Shown here: positions 35,363 to 47,433 of the stretch, piece after piece | How the letters are laid out: every line of letters starts with the position of its first letter | How positions within the stretch are numbered: the first letter of the stretch is position 1 | NCBI GenBank assembly: GCA_965637545.1 | Contig: OZ281500.1 | Coordinates: 5,704,001-5,768,000 of the forward strand | DNA from: Phallusia mammillata | Lineage: Eukaryota | Direction of reading: 5' to 3' | Length of the DNA stretch: 64,000 nucleotides | The notes under the pieces: model-generated | Database searches by the model: none | Told to the model about the DNA's origin: nothing | What the model saw: only the letters and a program-made list of their open reading frames with translations | Position numbers and translations under genes: made by a program

Positions 35363-38300
35363 GTAGGAATCAACAATCAGCAGAAATTCTGCAGGATACT
35401 TGGAAAGACAGTTTTGCAATGGAAGACTGTATCAAAATGGCAACAATGGCAGAATGTATCAAAACAGTAGTTATCCTACATACCCCATTCACGATCGCTA
35501 TGATCTATTCAATGTCATTTAACTATTTATTGTTCTGGGAATAAATTAAAAATTAAAAATGAGTATCTGTTGATGAAACCAATAATCAAGTTAAGCATCG
35601 CATGATTTTCTAGGTTAAACTCAAAAACATCAAAGGCGCAACTTGACCGGAACCTATATAAGTTTGAGAAGCCATTTACCGTTTTACATTTGTAGTTGCA
35701 TTTGATAGAATACTAAAGTCAAAACTTGCACCAATAAATAATGGGAAATAAATTTAAAACTTGGCAAGGATGCAGCATGTCTAAATGTTTGACATCTATT
35801 TGAAACAGATTCAGTGCTGAAAAGATTGGACGTCCGATAACAGCTAATACCTCGATACAGATTTATCGTTAAATTTTTTGGTCAAAACGAAAAAAGTTGA
35901 ATATTTGTAGAAAAAAGTTTGGTTAATTTTCGCAGTACCATGGTTCAGCCCGCCACATTCTGATTGACTGTTTATTTACATGTTGACTTGTTTGTTGCGG
36001 GTCGAGCACTCTAAGTTCAACACGTGTGGGTGATGGCGCCGGGTTTTTACTTCTCCGTTAAGGTTGAAACCAGGTCGGTGTCGGTCCTTGCATGCAAATA
36101 CGAGACAATGAACAATGTACACAGAATAAGCAATTCAGATTTGATGACTAAAGTTTGCGTTAGGTTACCTGCGTTCACACGAGCAAAATGTTTTATATAT
36201 ATGCGTTTAATTTTGGGGCAATTGCATGTAATTGCACCAAAAACTGAGTATATAACTTTAAACCCAGCTATTTTTTTCGTTGATGATAATTTGGTTGAGC
36301 CATATTGCACTAAAAAAGCTGCGGACTATTTTTTAGTGTGAATTAGCACATAACATTATAATCGAAAAAAGCTATGTTGGCCTGATCCTTATGTAACTTA
36401 AGGTAAACTGAGCAAAAGTGGATCAAATTCCAACGCATTCCATTTTGCCGTCATATGAATTACACACCTGCTACTACTTTATCGAGTTATAATTAAGAAT
36501 TGCAGTATCCGGCACACGTCCGCTACTTATTCGACCAATTACCTTTCATGTGGTAAAAAGACGCATAACTTTCGGTTAGCAAACGATTCTTGGATAAAAC
36601 GAAAGTGAGATTAAATATTCAGGTGTTTAAGACACTTAAACAGCGGTTGAAATTTTCGTTACATAATAAACGGTTTGTAAATTTACAAACGAAAGGGGCT
36701 ACCTGTGGAATTCCTAAAAAAGGAATTGCGTTTTTCTTCTTCTAAAGCGTGTTATGACTACAACATACAGCGTCCAAACTAAGATAAAAAATGTTGTTAT
36801 GTAATAACAAGTGAAACTAATTAACAAGGGAAAAAATGTATGAGTTTTGCAAATTCCATCGTAAGTATTTGGAACAAATGAACACAAGTGTTTTGACGTA
36901 AGGAAATTTTACCCAAGATCGTAAAGGTTGTCTATATAGCCGAATATTTACACTTTACAGCCGATGGCATTTTCTCTTGATAATTTGCGTATCAAGTAAG
37001 CTGATATTTTAGTACGGCTTGGTCAGCAGTTTTAGAATCAAACCCTGCAAAACTTGTCTTCTCAAACTGTCACCTGAGCCAAGTGACATTCTAAAGTACG
37101 CTAAATGTTTATGCACAGACCATAAACGCTTACATACGGTTTAGGAAAATGGTTCACAACCTGTTTTAATGTATTCCTTGGTTTGTCACACAGAAATGTT
37201 TTAGGTAATGCTTGGTCTACAAATGCCATGCGCAAAAGATCGATAACTATGTAGAAATGGTAACGAGCCAGAAAGAAAGAAGCAAAACAACGAATTACCA
37301 GTTAAAAATTTACCAGTAAAATATTAAACATTTGTATTAATTGAATAACCAACCACAAAATTTGTTTCCACAATTTTTTTTCGGAACTGTAATTACGGAA
37401 ACTTAACTTCAAAATTTATGTTTTATGGAAAAATGTCTAGCGTATATTCGCAAAAAAAGTTACAGCTTAGTGATTTAAAGAATGTTAAGAGCAGTTTTTG
37501 TTTCGGAGACAAACGTTTTCGAGGCAAAGAGAGCAATTTAATTGCTTTGCTGCTCAGATAATCCCAAGGTAGTCAACCACCAATCTGTATACAAATCTAA
37601 TAAACTTAGCTGACAAAGAATGCCAAACGAAAAAATTCTAGAAATAATAAAATGCAAAGGCCGTGGAAATGTTTTAGAAAACTGTTCTCAGCTTTATACT
37701 GGCACACGCAAGTCAAAATTTTGGGTTGTTTGCAATCAATACGGAAAGTTGGCCGGACTTAAGGCAACTACAGGTCAAACCTTTCGGCAAAGCAAACGAG
37801 TTTGGAACCAACAAAAAAGTCAACTGAATTTAAATCGATCAAACCGCCCTTTGACATATACGTCGAGAAAAAATGTCCGATCGAGAAAAATTTAAAACAA
37901 AAATTAAAAATATAACAAATAAACTGCCCTTTTTAGCAGCAGGTAATTGCTAGTTCGCTTGAGTACTCGCCAAGCCTCAAATGCTTTACCGCAAACAAGC
38001 ACAATATTTAAAAATTGGGTAATGGCCTATAAACTATGAAAAAAGACATCTGTGATTCACACTGCTATTTTAACCTTAGAAGAACAATAAATAAATATAG
38101 TTTATCAAGGGCGGGTGAGTTAAGCTTTCCCGCACTGACGCAAATATACCACCAAGCAATAAACACAAAATATTACAGCAAAATGGTATTTGACAATATC
38201 TGTCACCATATATAGCCAGGTCGCAATGCAAAAATGTTTGCAAAACCGGTTTTACACCGTGGTGCAAAGTTCAATAAAATGTCAACTGCATGTACCTGAG

Positions 38301-39845
38301 TCGTAGTTCACCTTTTGGTCCGGTCAAACCGTTTAATTGATTTTGAATAAGATTTCTGATTTGCTTAAAACGTCAGACTACTTCTGGAAACGACCACTAA
38401 TGGGCCTTTTACGGTGGGGAGAAACGCACTTTGTGTATCGCACACGTCCACGCGTCAAACAAAAACCAATTTAGATGTGTCAAACTATGCTAAACGGGCC
38501 CGCGCTGCAATAGGTTCATTGCGCGGGCGAGAATTCCCCGAAACAAGGCAGCGGCATTAGATTCTTCAGGTCAACGATGCGATCTATGTTGGTGAAGGGT
38601 ATGTAAATGCAACACTGTTTAGCAATTTAACACTCCTGCCGGAAAAGGGTAACGTAAGGAGAAAGTAACTGGACATGCGCAAGGTAGCATGATTGGGGTC
38701 GATAGCAAACATGTCATTTTCCGCATTAGTTTGTAAATTTCCTATACAGACTTGATCGATCAGAACGTGTGCGTGTTGCGATGTAATCGTTTGCGAAATT
38801 CAATGGATGCGCTAATACATTTTTGCATTGGGATCAAAGATAATGAAATGGCCAGGTGGCTTAAATTTAAGCCTTTTAAAGAGCCTTGTTTGATACTCAG
38901 CAAAAAGCATAGCTTCAGTAGACGACGACGGCAAAAATACGCCAGTGTTAAAGAAGACAAATCCCACATGACATTTTAAATTAAACATGACAAGAACAAC
39001 GTCCTTGTTAATTTATACATGAAATTTTAAGAGAGGGAAAGGTTTCTATTGCACAACACATTTCACATTTTTCAAAAGTAGAAAAAGTGCGCAATATAGA
39101 AACTAAATAGAGCATAGCCCTCTAAGTTTCCCTTGTTACAATTCACAGGGTGAAAATTGGAAAGTAGCGGATGAATCAACGTAGATTAGATTGATTTACT
39201 GCAAAAGGGGCCTTAAAGACAGGCTGTCGATCGATCTTGATATAATTAACATTGAAAACATGGACAGTAAACAGGATGTTCCGCGCCCCATTACAATTTG
39301 TCAGCAACTTTAGGTCAGATGCCTAATTTATCAACAGTGTTATTTCAATCGACTATTTAAGACACAAAAATAAAGTTTAAGGAAGACAATAATTCTGTCA
39401 GTTGTTGTCTTCAAATATTCACTTTAACAAAAAACCTTTGCTGAGTTTGGAAATATATAATTTTCATAATATACACTTTTATATGTTGTTAAACAACCAA
39501 AAAAGCTAAAACTTTTCCGTTGTAGCATTACACCAGCGAGAGATATTCAACAATGCAAACCCTTTAATAGGAATTTTTAAAGCTATATTCTTTTTGCTTC
39601 AAAAAACATAATTAGCGTTTACAAAAAGCAGACAAGCCAATATATTGGTAACCATAAATTGAACAAAGGGACAAAATAATTCATAAAACCGTCATGTCTT
39701 ATTTAAGCAATTAGTTTGTTTATCTTTAGAGATTTTTGAACAGTGCAAATTGTGTGCCCCTCAAAAAAGTTGTTTTAGAAAGAAAAAAACTACAATAAAA
39801 GAAAAAATCACTTCTCAAAATTTAATGAATAAAAGTTTTTAATAC

Positions 39846-40025
39846 CTGCGGTAGTTGCATCATGATGACGACCAAAACAGCGACGCGAAAGAGTTTGCCG
39901 GTGGTAAACCTTTTCCGTTCAAGATAAGAAGTCCTCGTTCCGCCAGTGCGAATGTCAACTGGCTTTCGCTTGGGACCATCTCCCCTTCCAACGCTCGAGT
40001 ATCGATCTTTTGCAAGCTTTCCCAT
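39846..40025 (-). CDS. Candidate distal (alternative) first coding exon of the class B GPCR
   Basis: ATG at 40025 (agaATGG) opens 60 codons, MGKLAKDRYSSVGRGDGPKRKPVDIRTGGTRTSYLERKRFTTGKLFRVAVLVVIMMQLPQ, ending exactly at a phase-0 donor CAG|gtatta. This matches the phase-0 acceptor at 31834. A long basic n-region followed by a hydrophobic stretch resembles the GLP2R N-terminus. No transcript evidence. Confidence 0.5.
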
Positions 40026-43000
40026 TCTCTCATTGAGTGCTTTGGTTCCCTAAGTCAAAATGGGACCAGCGGTTACAATAGGAAAGGCATGAAGCGGGTA
40101 ACAAAGTTAACGACGCTTTATTAAGAGGTCGTCCGTAATTCCCTGACAGTGAGTAATGGTTAAATGTACACAATGTCCTGTATATCCCTCAACCGTAACA
40201 GGAAAAACACTACAGCCAGATACAAATACGGGGGGCTTGTGCTGTGATAGTCATTCGCTCCCATATAAAGTATTCGATCTTGATTATTAAAATGTAATTT
40301 TCCCATTGTCCTTTTAACTTATAAGCTTATATAGGAGTTTGCTTGGCTGTTAAAACAAGAGATTTAACTTAGCAATCCATTCAAACATTGAAAATTGCTT
40401 TGTCTGCACAAAAACATTAATATTACATGTTGCGGTTGACGTGTAAGTCGCCTTGGCGACTTAAGGACTTTGGTTATACACCCAACATAGGTACGCCAAG
40501 TCTATCTCGCTGGTTTTTGTATACATACATAATCAAGTTGGTAGTATCGATAGTGCGGGCTGTTTAAGTAATGTAAATATCAACAAAAGTGAGTGGAAAT
40601 ACAAACATTATAAGCTGTGTTACATAACACTATGTCTCTGAAATCGTCGGGTTTAATACTGTAGGCAAAAGAACTTGAAAACCTTATTTTAGGCACTTCT
40701 CCATGCATGTTGGGTGAAATTTATCGAATAGATTTGCAAATTTATGCAGTCAAAGGTTGTTGCAAGTTGCTTTACACAAAATGACTTTCAGAGCAAAATA
40801 TAGTTTCACCAAATACTGTTTCCAAAACAATTTTGAAGGTGTGTACTTTACCGTGAATGATCGTTTCATATTTTTTGCGCAAACACAAAGGTATAAATGT
40901 GCAGGAATTGAGAAAAAAATTCGTGCAAATATAGATATTAGGGATCACAATAGGGTGTTTCGCTTTCCAATCCAATTTGTTTTGGACAGCAGGTGGACAG
41001 TAAATTGCCTTTATGATCAATGCATGCATCTCGCGTATGCAATTATGGTTTTCTTCAATAAAAACAATTTGTTTTGGAATTATCCGTTTGCCGAATCAGT
41101 AATCAATTTTTCGCGGGAAAAAGGGTATGTCATTGAGTCATATTTGGAGGATTTCGTCATGGCCGTGAAAACGTGACAGTTAAACAGTTTTGCTGCCATA
41201 TTCTCGACCTCAACAAACCCATTGACCTGCGAAAATCGCTAATTGCTTGTTATTGTTATGTCTCGAAATTTCAGTTCGAGCGCCTCAGTTCCAAATTTAG
41301 ACAAGAAAACTTTAAACGTGATTCCACCTGAAAAATGTTTAAACCTAAACCGCAATTAATTCCTGTGTGTCAGCTTTATATGTAAATTTTCGTTACACAT
41401 AGGTCTGTGCCCTGCCTTATTTAATTAGATGGCTGCAAAAGTCACTTAAAAGTAAAAAAAATGGCTGACTACACTAGATTATATGTGCGTGTGGTTCAAC
41501 CCCAAACACCTGTGGCCGTGTTTCCAAAGCTAATGCAAGATAGTATTTCTACATAACCTGAACGTTTGCTGGCAATATACCAAAACACTACAGTTTTAAA
41601 TTGACTTTGATTTAATAAATTGGTTTAATTGCACAAAACTGTAATGAAATTAGAAAAAAATGTCAAAAAAATGAAGTTCTTTTTTATAAGTCCATAATGC
41701 TTGCGTTTGATTGAAATTGGGTCAGCACTCGGTATACGTTAACAACCCAAAGTCGTCGATATAAGGATTAGTCGTTGCCAACAACATGCGACGGCTCATT
41801 ATTTACACTCAAGGGAAGGTTAAGATCCCAGCTCAGAGCCGGCACAAGTTTGTGGTTTGGATTTTAAGATCGATCAGCGTTTGGCCACACGGGACCTTGT
41901 ATAAGTAAAATGAGATGGGCACTGTGCCGGTTCAAATGAGCTCCTCGCCCTATACGAAACGAACGTTTGTTATTTGGTGCGATCAAGTAACTAATTAAGA
42001 ACACTTTACGCAAATATCGTTCTCAGAATAATGGCAAGAAATAGAAATTTGACTGAAATATGTGTTATCTCATCAAGGCCGAATTATTGTCATCATCATA
42101 GTAAAGCAACGCAAGTCAATCCAAATACATTTTACGATACAGAATTGCCAGTTTTGTTCCTATTTAAGACTTTCAGGTCCGTGTCCGGTGTACCTATGTA
42201 TTATACCGTTTGTTTTTCTAAATGCTTGCGTAGTAAAAAAGACAAAATTGACAAATTTTTCCTAAGATTGCCTTTTCCGTGTCCATCTCTTCATTACCTG
42301 TTTACGGCGTGTTAAACACAAAATGCATTACGATTTGTTGTTGATATTGAAACTTCACGCCAATTAGGCAAAAGAGCTTAAATTTTTCTCCACAAGAATT
42401 ACCGTCTAAACTTCACAATACTCGAAAAAGGTAAATTAATAAGATGTTTGTGTGCAATCAATTTATAACGTTTATGGCGATGCAATCATCTTCAATGTTT
42501 GTTTTGGTCATGAACTGAGACGAAAATCTTTTGTTATTGTAATGCAGTGGCCCTTTTACAATTCCTTGTCTACCGTTTTCAGTCGAAGTCGGGAACAGTG
42601 TTTCTTTGTTTAAGCAAAATTAACTGCAAAAACTGCAACGCACGATAACTTTGCGTCAGCAATAAAATGATCGAATAATATTGTCATGTTTGAAACAAAG
42701 TTTGGAAATGTCGCATCCCAAACTGTATTATTAACCACGTTGCGTGATATCGTTTTTTGGGTTACATAGTCCAGCTTTCACTGGTTTGCTTGGGTTCAAT
42801 TCAAGGGTTAAGGAATTCCTGAGCGACCCCGCCGATTTATGCAAGGTGAGTATTAAATGTTTTGCCATGGCATTCCTTGAGGTGAGTTCTACGATTCACT
42901 TGGACAACATTAACCCGATTTTGGACCTGTAAATGGTTTAAACCTAGGATGCACAACCTGCGGCCGTGAACATGTTTGTTAAAACGTATATGTACTGGCG

Positions 43001-43414
43001 GCCGTGACGTCAATAAAAGTCTTCTCGTAAATAAATGTATTTCAAAACTATCCTAAAAACATTTTGTAGGGCCTGAAGGAGTATTACCAGCCATGTACTT
43101 TAGATTCGCCATAAGATGGTATATATGACTATTTCTTTACATAAGGAATATTGAAACAAAAACAAGCAACACTTGGCGGCCGTTAGTGAAATAAGGATGT
43201 GCGATGCGGCCGTCATAGCGAAAAGGTTGTACACTCTAGTTGAAACAATAGTTGTTACAAGAGATAAAATAAGAAAGCTGATGTGGTTTGAATGCTTCAA
43301 GTGCTACCAACATGTAAAACTTGGCAAGATGGGTTTGGTAAAAACACAGTTGTATTGAAAGCGATCAAGAGGTGAAAGGCACATTAATTTTGGTTTCAAA
43401 TATTGACGCTCCAA

Positions 43415-43429
43415 AGCGCCATCTCGCGG
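43415..43429 (-). promoter_or_regulatory. CTCF-consensus-like site
   Basis: Minus strand CCGCGAGATGGCGCT closely matches the CTCF core CCRSNAGRKGGCRS; motif match only. Confidence 0.35.
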
Positions 43430-43844
43430 TAAGCTTCTGTACTAATATTTTGAACCAAACAATTTAAGTCGCATGGGTAATGAAGCTTTAAACGGAGTGA
43501 AGGCTTATTTTGTGTTTTTAGATTTTGCGTAACTTTGCTTTTGCATACTTTTAGATAAAACTTTGGTAAACGGTTTTTAATACATTTTTAGCATCAGAAA
43601 TGGAATATATAAGCTGTTGCTGCCAGGCATAATGTCAACTTTATAGAGCTCTTCTGGCAATCGTATTTTTATACCAACGTTTCTACGTCCTATCAGGTCG
43701 CCTTTATCAGAGTGAATTAACATTAAATGTGCTTATCATAGTGCACGTTAACAAAAAAAAAAGAATTAGAAGCACGTTACAATGCAACGAAAACACTAGG
43801 CGTTAAAGATTGATTGGTCCTTGAATCTGTGAGCAGGTGCCTGT

Positions 43845-44165
43845 CAGAGGTCTAGGCAGCCGAAAATTTTGGGAGGGGCCAAAAAATGTGTTGTGCAAAA
43901 CCGTTATTGGCTAGGGTGTGTTTTACCCGTGATTTTTCAAACTGGGGTTCGACGTGACGACCAAACGGTTTATTTACTTATTTCGCTTCTCGATGAACAA
44001 ACATATATTTGGACTACGGCTACAACTCAAAAACTGTCAATTTTGGCAATTTATATGTTCCTTTGATAATAATAGTTTAGTCATGAAGAGATACCAAACC
44101 ACACCGAACTTAAAAAAATTGCGTGGGGCCATGGTCCCTTTGGCCTCTCCCTGGCTACACCAATG
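43845..44165. mobile_element. hAT-Ac-type MITE, 321 bp
   Basis: Perfect 8-bp TSD gtgcctgt (43837-43844, 44166-44173); TIRs cagaggtctaggcag and (reverse complement) cattggtgtagccag match 11/15; subterminal ggggcc motifs. Confidence 0.8.
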
Positions 44166-47100
44166 GTGCCTGTAGTACGTTGAAAGCATCACGTCGGTTT
44201 AAAGTTCATTGAGTTGCCCCGTTGGTTGGTGAATGTTCCAAGACTCAAGAAATAATCTTTTACTGTAGACGTGAAGTAACCGGCCCTTTCCAATCACGCG
44301 GTAGTCTATTTACCAACGGGGCAACTAAATGAACATCAAAAAAGACAAGATGCATTCAGTGTGCTACACGCACCTGCTCGAAGATTAGAGGCCCAATCAA
44401 TCATTGTCGCAAAGTGTTTTTGTTGCACTGTGACATGCTTGTGTTTAATTTCATTTCCCCTTGTTTATCGTGCACTGTACTACGCGCATTCAGTGTTATT
44501 TACCCTGATGAAGGCGACCTGTATAGGACATAGGACACGTTGGTATAAAATACAATTGCCAGAAGAGCTCGAAAGATGATCAGAAATTAAACATTTGCTC
44601 TTATTGCTATTGCGCCACCTTAAACTTGTTTCAAAACAATGACACCTATAAAGCTGAAATTTAATACAAATAAAAGGTTTAGTTTATACCTAAAACCCAC
44701 AAAGTATAACACGGATAGGGTAGAAAACCATTGTTAACTGCAGTTGCTAGGTTAACTCGACAGCCCCACCAAGTGGTAAAATTATACTATGTGTGGTGTT
44801 CAAAAGGTTGTGCAATTTCGCGGTGTCTCGGATTTAAACTTAGGATATAAATGTTCAATTGGAGAACAAAACAACAACAGTTTCGAAACTAGTTTTGTTG
44901 CAAAGTTACCAAAACTATTTTCGAGCAATTGCTGCAACCATGGAACGCTCAAGGGAGGTCTTTGTACTTAAATTTAGCAAATTTAGATGTCAAATGTCAA
45001 CGAGCGCTTGTATCAATCAACCTTTGTTGAACGCTTGTGGGCGCTTGCGAGACATTTTAACACGGCCAATTAAGCTATGCAAATAATATTTTCAGGAACG
45101 TTTCTAACTTGCACAGTCATTTCCGACACCAAAAACGCAAAATCCAACTGTTTTGCGCAAAAAGGCGCATTATTTTCAAAAAACAGTCATAAATCTGTAA
45201 TAAACCGGCACAACACGTCCAAACATGGGAATACCCATAGTGCAGTGGACTCTGGTTACATACCGTTACTGGAGTCGTCCTTGACTGAAATACTGTTCAA
45301 ATATTATGGGTTGACCTACAGGTTGTGTGTGGCGTAAATTGTACCGCGTTCAGATGACAGGTTTGTCGTACGCGAAAATCTCACTGAGCTTCTTGCAGGG
45401 GGATAAAATATCACAAACTCTGCAAAATTGGCAAACCTTGCAAATGGGTTCGTGGGTTTGTTGGGGGATTTAAGCCCTTCTAATCCATCATTTTCCTAAT
45501 TGCTAGCGAGTAAATTGCGTACTTCTGTGCTAAACCAAGTTGGGACACCCCATTCGAGGCCTATCCTATACATTGTGTCACATTTTTCCAAAGCCCAAAC
45601 GTTTCAGTTAAACGCTATATTCCTTTATTATTACAGAAAGTATTACTAATAATCGGCTAAAAACTTATAGAAACACTAAAGTAAAAAAAAGCTATAGAAG
45701 CACGCTGTAACATTCGCGCTATCTTTGTCACTTATAACATCCGCATAAAGCTTTGGCACTGCAACATTTTTTTGAAGTGACCAGCACTGGTTTTTTGTGA
45801 CATTACTAAATGTCGGAATTTTTCAGACGCTGTAGCCCAGGGCCATGTGGAATTTTGAGCGGGTCACCTGAAGCTTTTACAAATTGCACACAAATATACT
45901 TCAAGAGATTACATTAAAATTCCAGAGTTTAGGAAAATGTTTAAGAGCGGCCATTTTTCTATTCATGTTTCGTTTACATAAGATGTGATATACTTATTTT
46001 ACAAATCAATCATCCATTGCATGAATAGGCATTTTCTTCAAAATTAGTTTAGTAGAACGTAAAAACCGTGGTGAAAAAAATACTGTTTAAATGACTTTCT
46101 GTGTCAATAGCACATTTTAAATCTATTATTGTACAACTATAATACAACTAAATAAAACTTACCTCAATAGAAGCGAAATCTACAACAGCTTTCATTTAAC
46201 ACAGTGATGGCAATGACCTACATAAGTTTCTAAAATGGCTAAAAATAACCTAAATAAAATACAAAGTTGTTAATAATTGTTTGCACGTTTTAACAAGTTT
46301 AACGAAATGACAATTCCTGATCTTAATGCGGTTTGCTGCAATTGTCTATTTTAATGACTTGGTCACATTCCGGGCATATATTCTAGGTCCTAAAGGTTGA
46401 CTCATAAACCTTACCGATGCTAGCTTGGAAATTCTTCCGGTTAAATGCGCGACATTCAAGCAGCAAAAATGTCGACATCTGGGGCAATCAAAATACCTGT
46501 CATTCAAAGATCTATACCACTACTTGACTGAGAGCTTCTTATGGACTTTTCTTGGTATCAAGGCCAGACGAAAGATTATCGCTTCTGAACTGCTGAAAAG
46601 TAGCAAACAACTGTGCATTTGTCTTATTTGCAAAACTATTCTTTTTAAGAGCAAATAATAAATCAGTTCTGATTTTAACTCAACTGCACGAGTTGGAAAT
46701 CGTTCTTCAACAGAATTTATGGTTATGCGAGTTTCAATAAAAATGTACCTTTCAGTATAAAAACGTTCTAATTGCAACAAATACAATAGTTAAATATAGC
46801 ACGATTATTTTACTGTACAAAATTTACTATCCTTTGACTTGTACCTAATTTGCATTGTCACACCATCTCTGACGTACACACCCAATTCAGAAATGCTATA
46901 TCACCTCCGGTTAGCCAACAACGCGCAGCAGACAACACCAACAACTGAGTTCCAACTTGGAATAGCCGGGGCTTTGACGTGATTGCACGTGACAAAATTC
47001 TCACACGAATGTTCTCATAAAAGCAAATTCCACTGAATCATTTCAGGTCCATCGACCATTGTGGCATGTTTGCCCGCGTGCTACATCTAATGTATATGTT

Positions 47101-47390
47101 TTTATCGTAAAAGCAAGTTACTCACTCGTTTGTAGTACATACTTCATACGATTGTTAGTACTTTTAATACCTTTACAACAAACGCCAACAAACTGGCAAA
47201 AAAATTGCCGACAACTGCCGAAACGGTGAAAAAAATTGCCGGGGCGACTTTTAAAAAAAATTTTTTTTACCTTGACGTTAAGGACGTTAGCGACGCTAAT
47301 GAATATTGATTGTGTAACAAAGAGTTTTATCCTTGCGCTCCTAATGATAGTGTTACCCTGATCGAACATGACAGCCTATAAATAAAAAAT

Positions 47391-47433
47391 TTAAAACAGG
47401 ACAAACACACTGATTAAAACAGGACAAACACAC
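47391..47433. repeat. Short tandem duplication (period 23)
   Basis: ttaaaacaggacaaacacac at 47391-47410 and 47414-47433. Confidence 0.9.

Noticed and set aside
40757-41176. 139-aa plus-strand ORF, the longest in the gene-free region
   Set aside because: TTG start, AT-rich, no family motif; a length that can arise by chance.
44494-44530. Other CTGAnGA motifs (e.g. near 3753, 33640, 44495, 53384) as additional hammerheads
   Set aside because: None is followed by stem II plus GAAA plus an NUH triplet.
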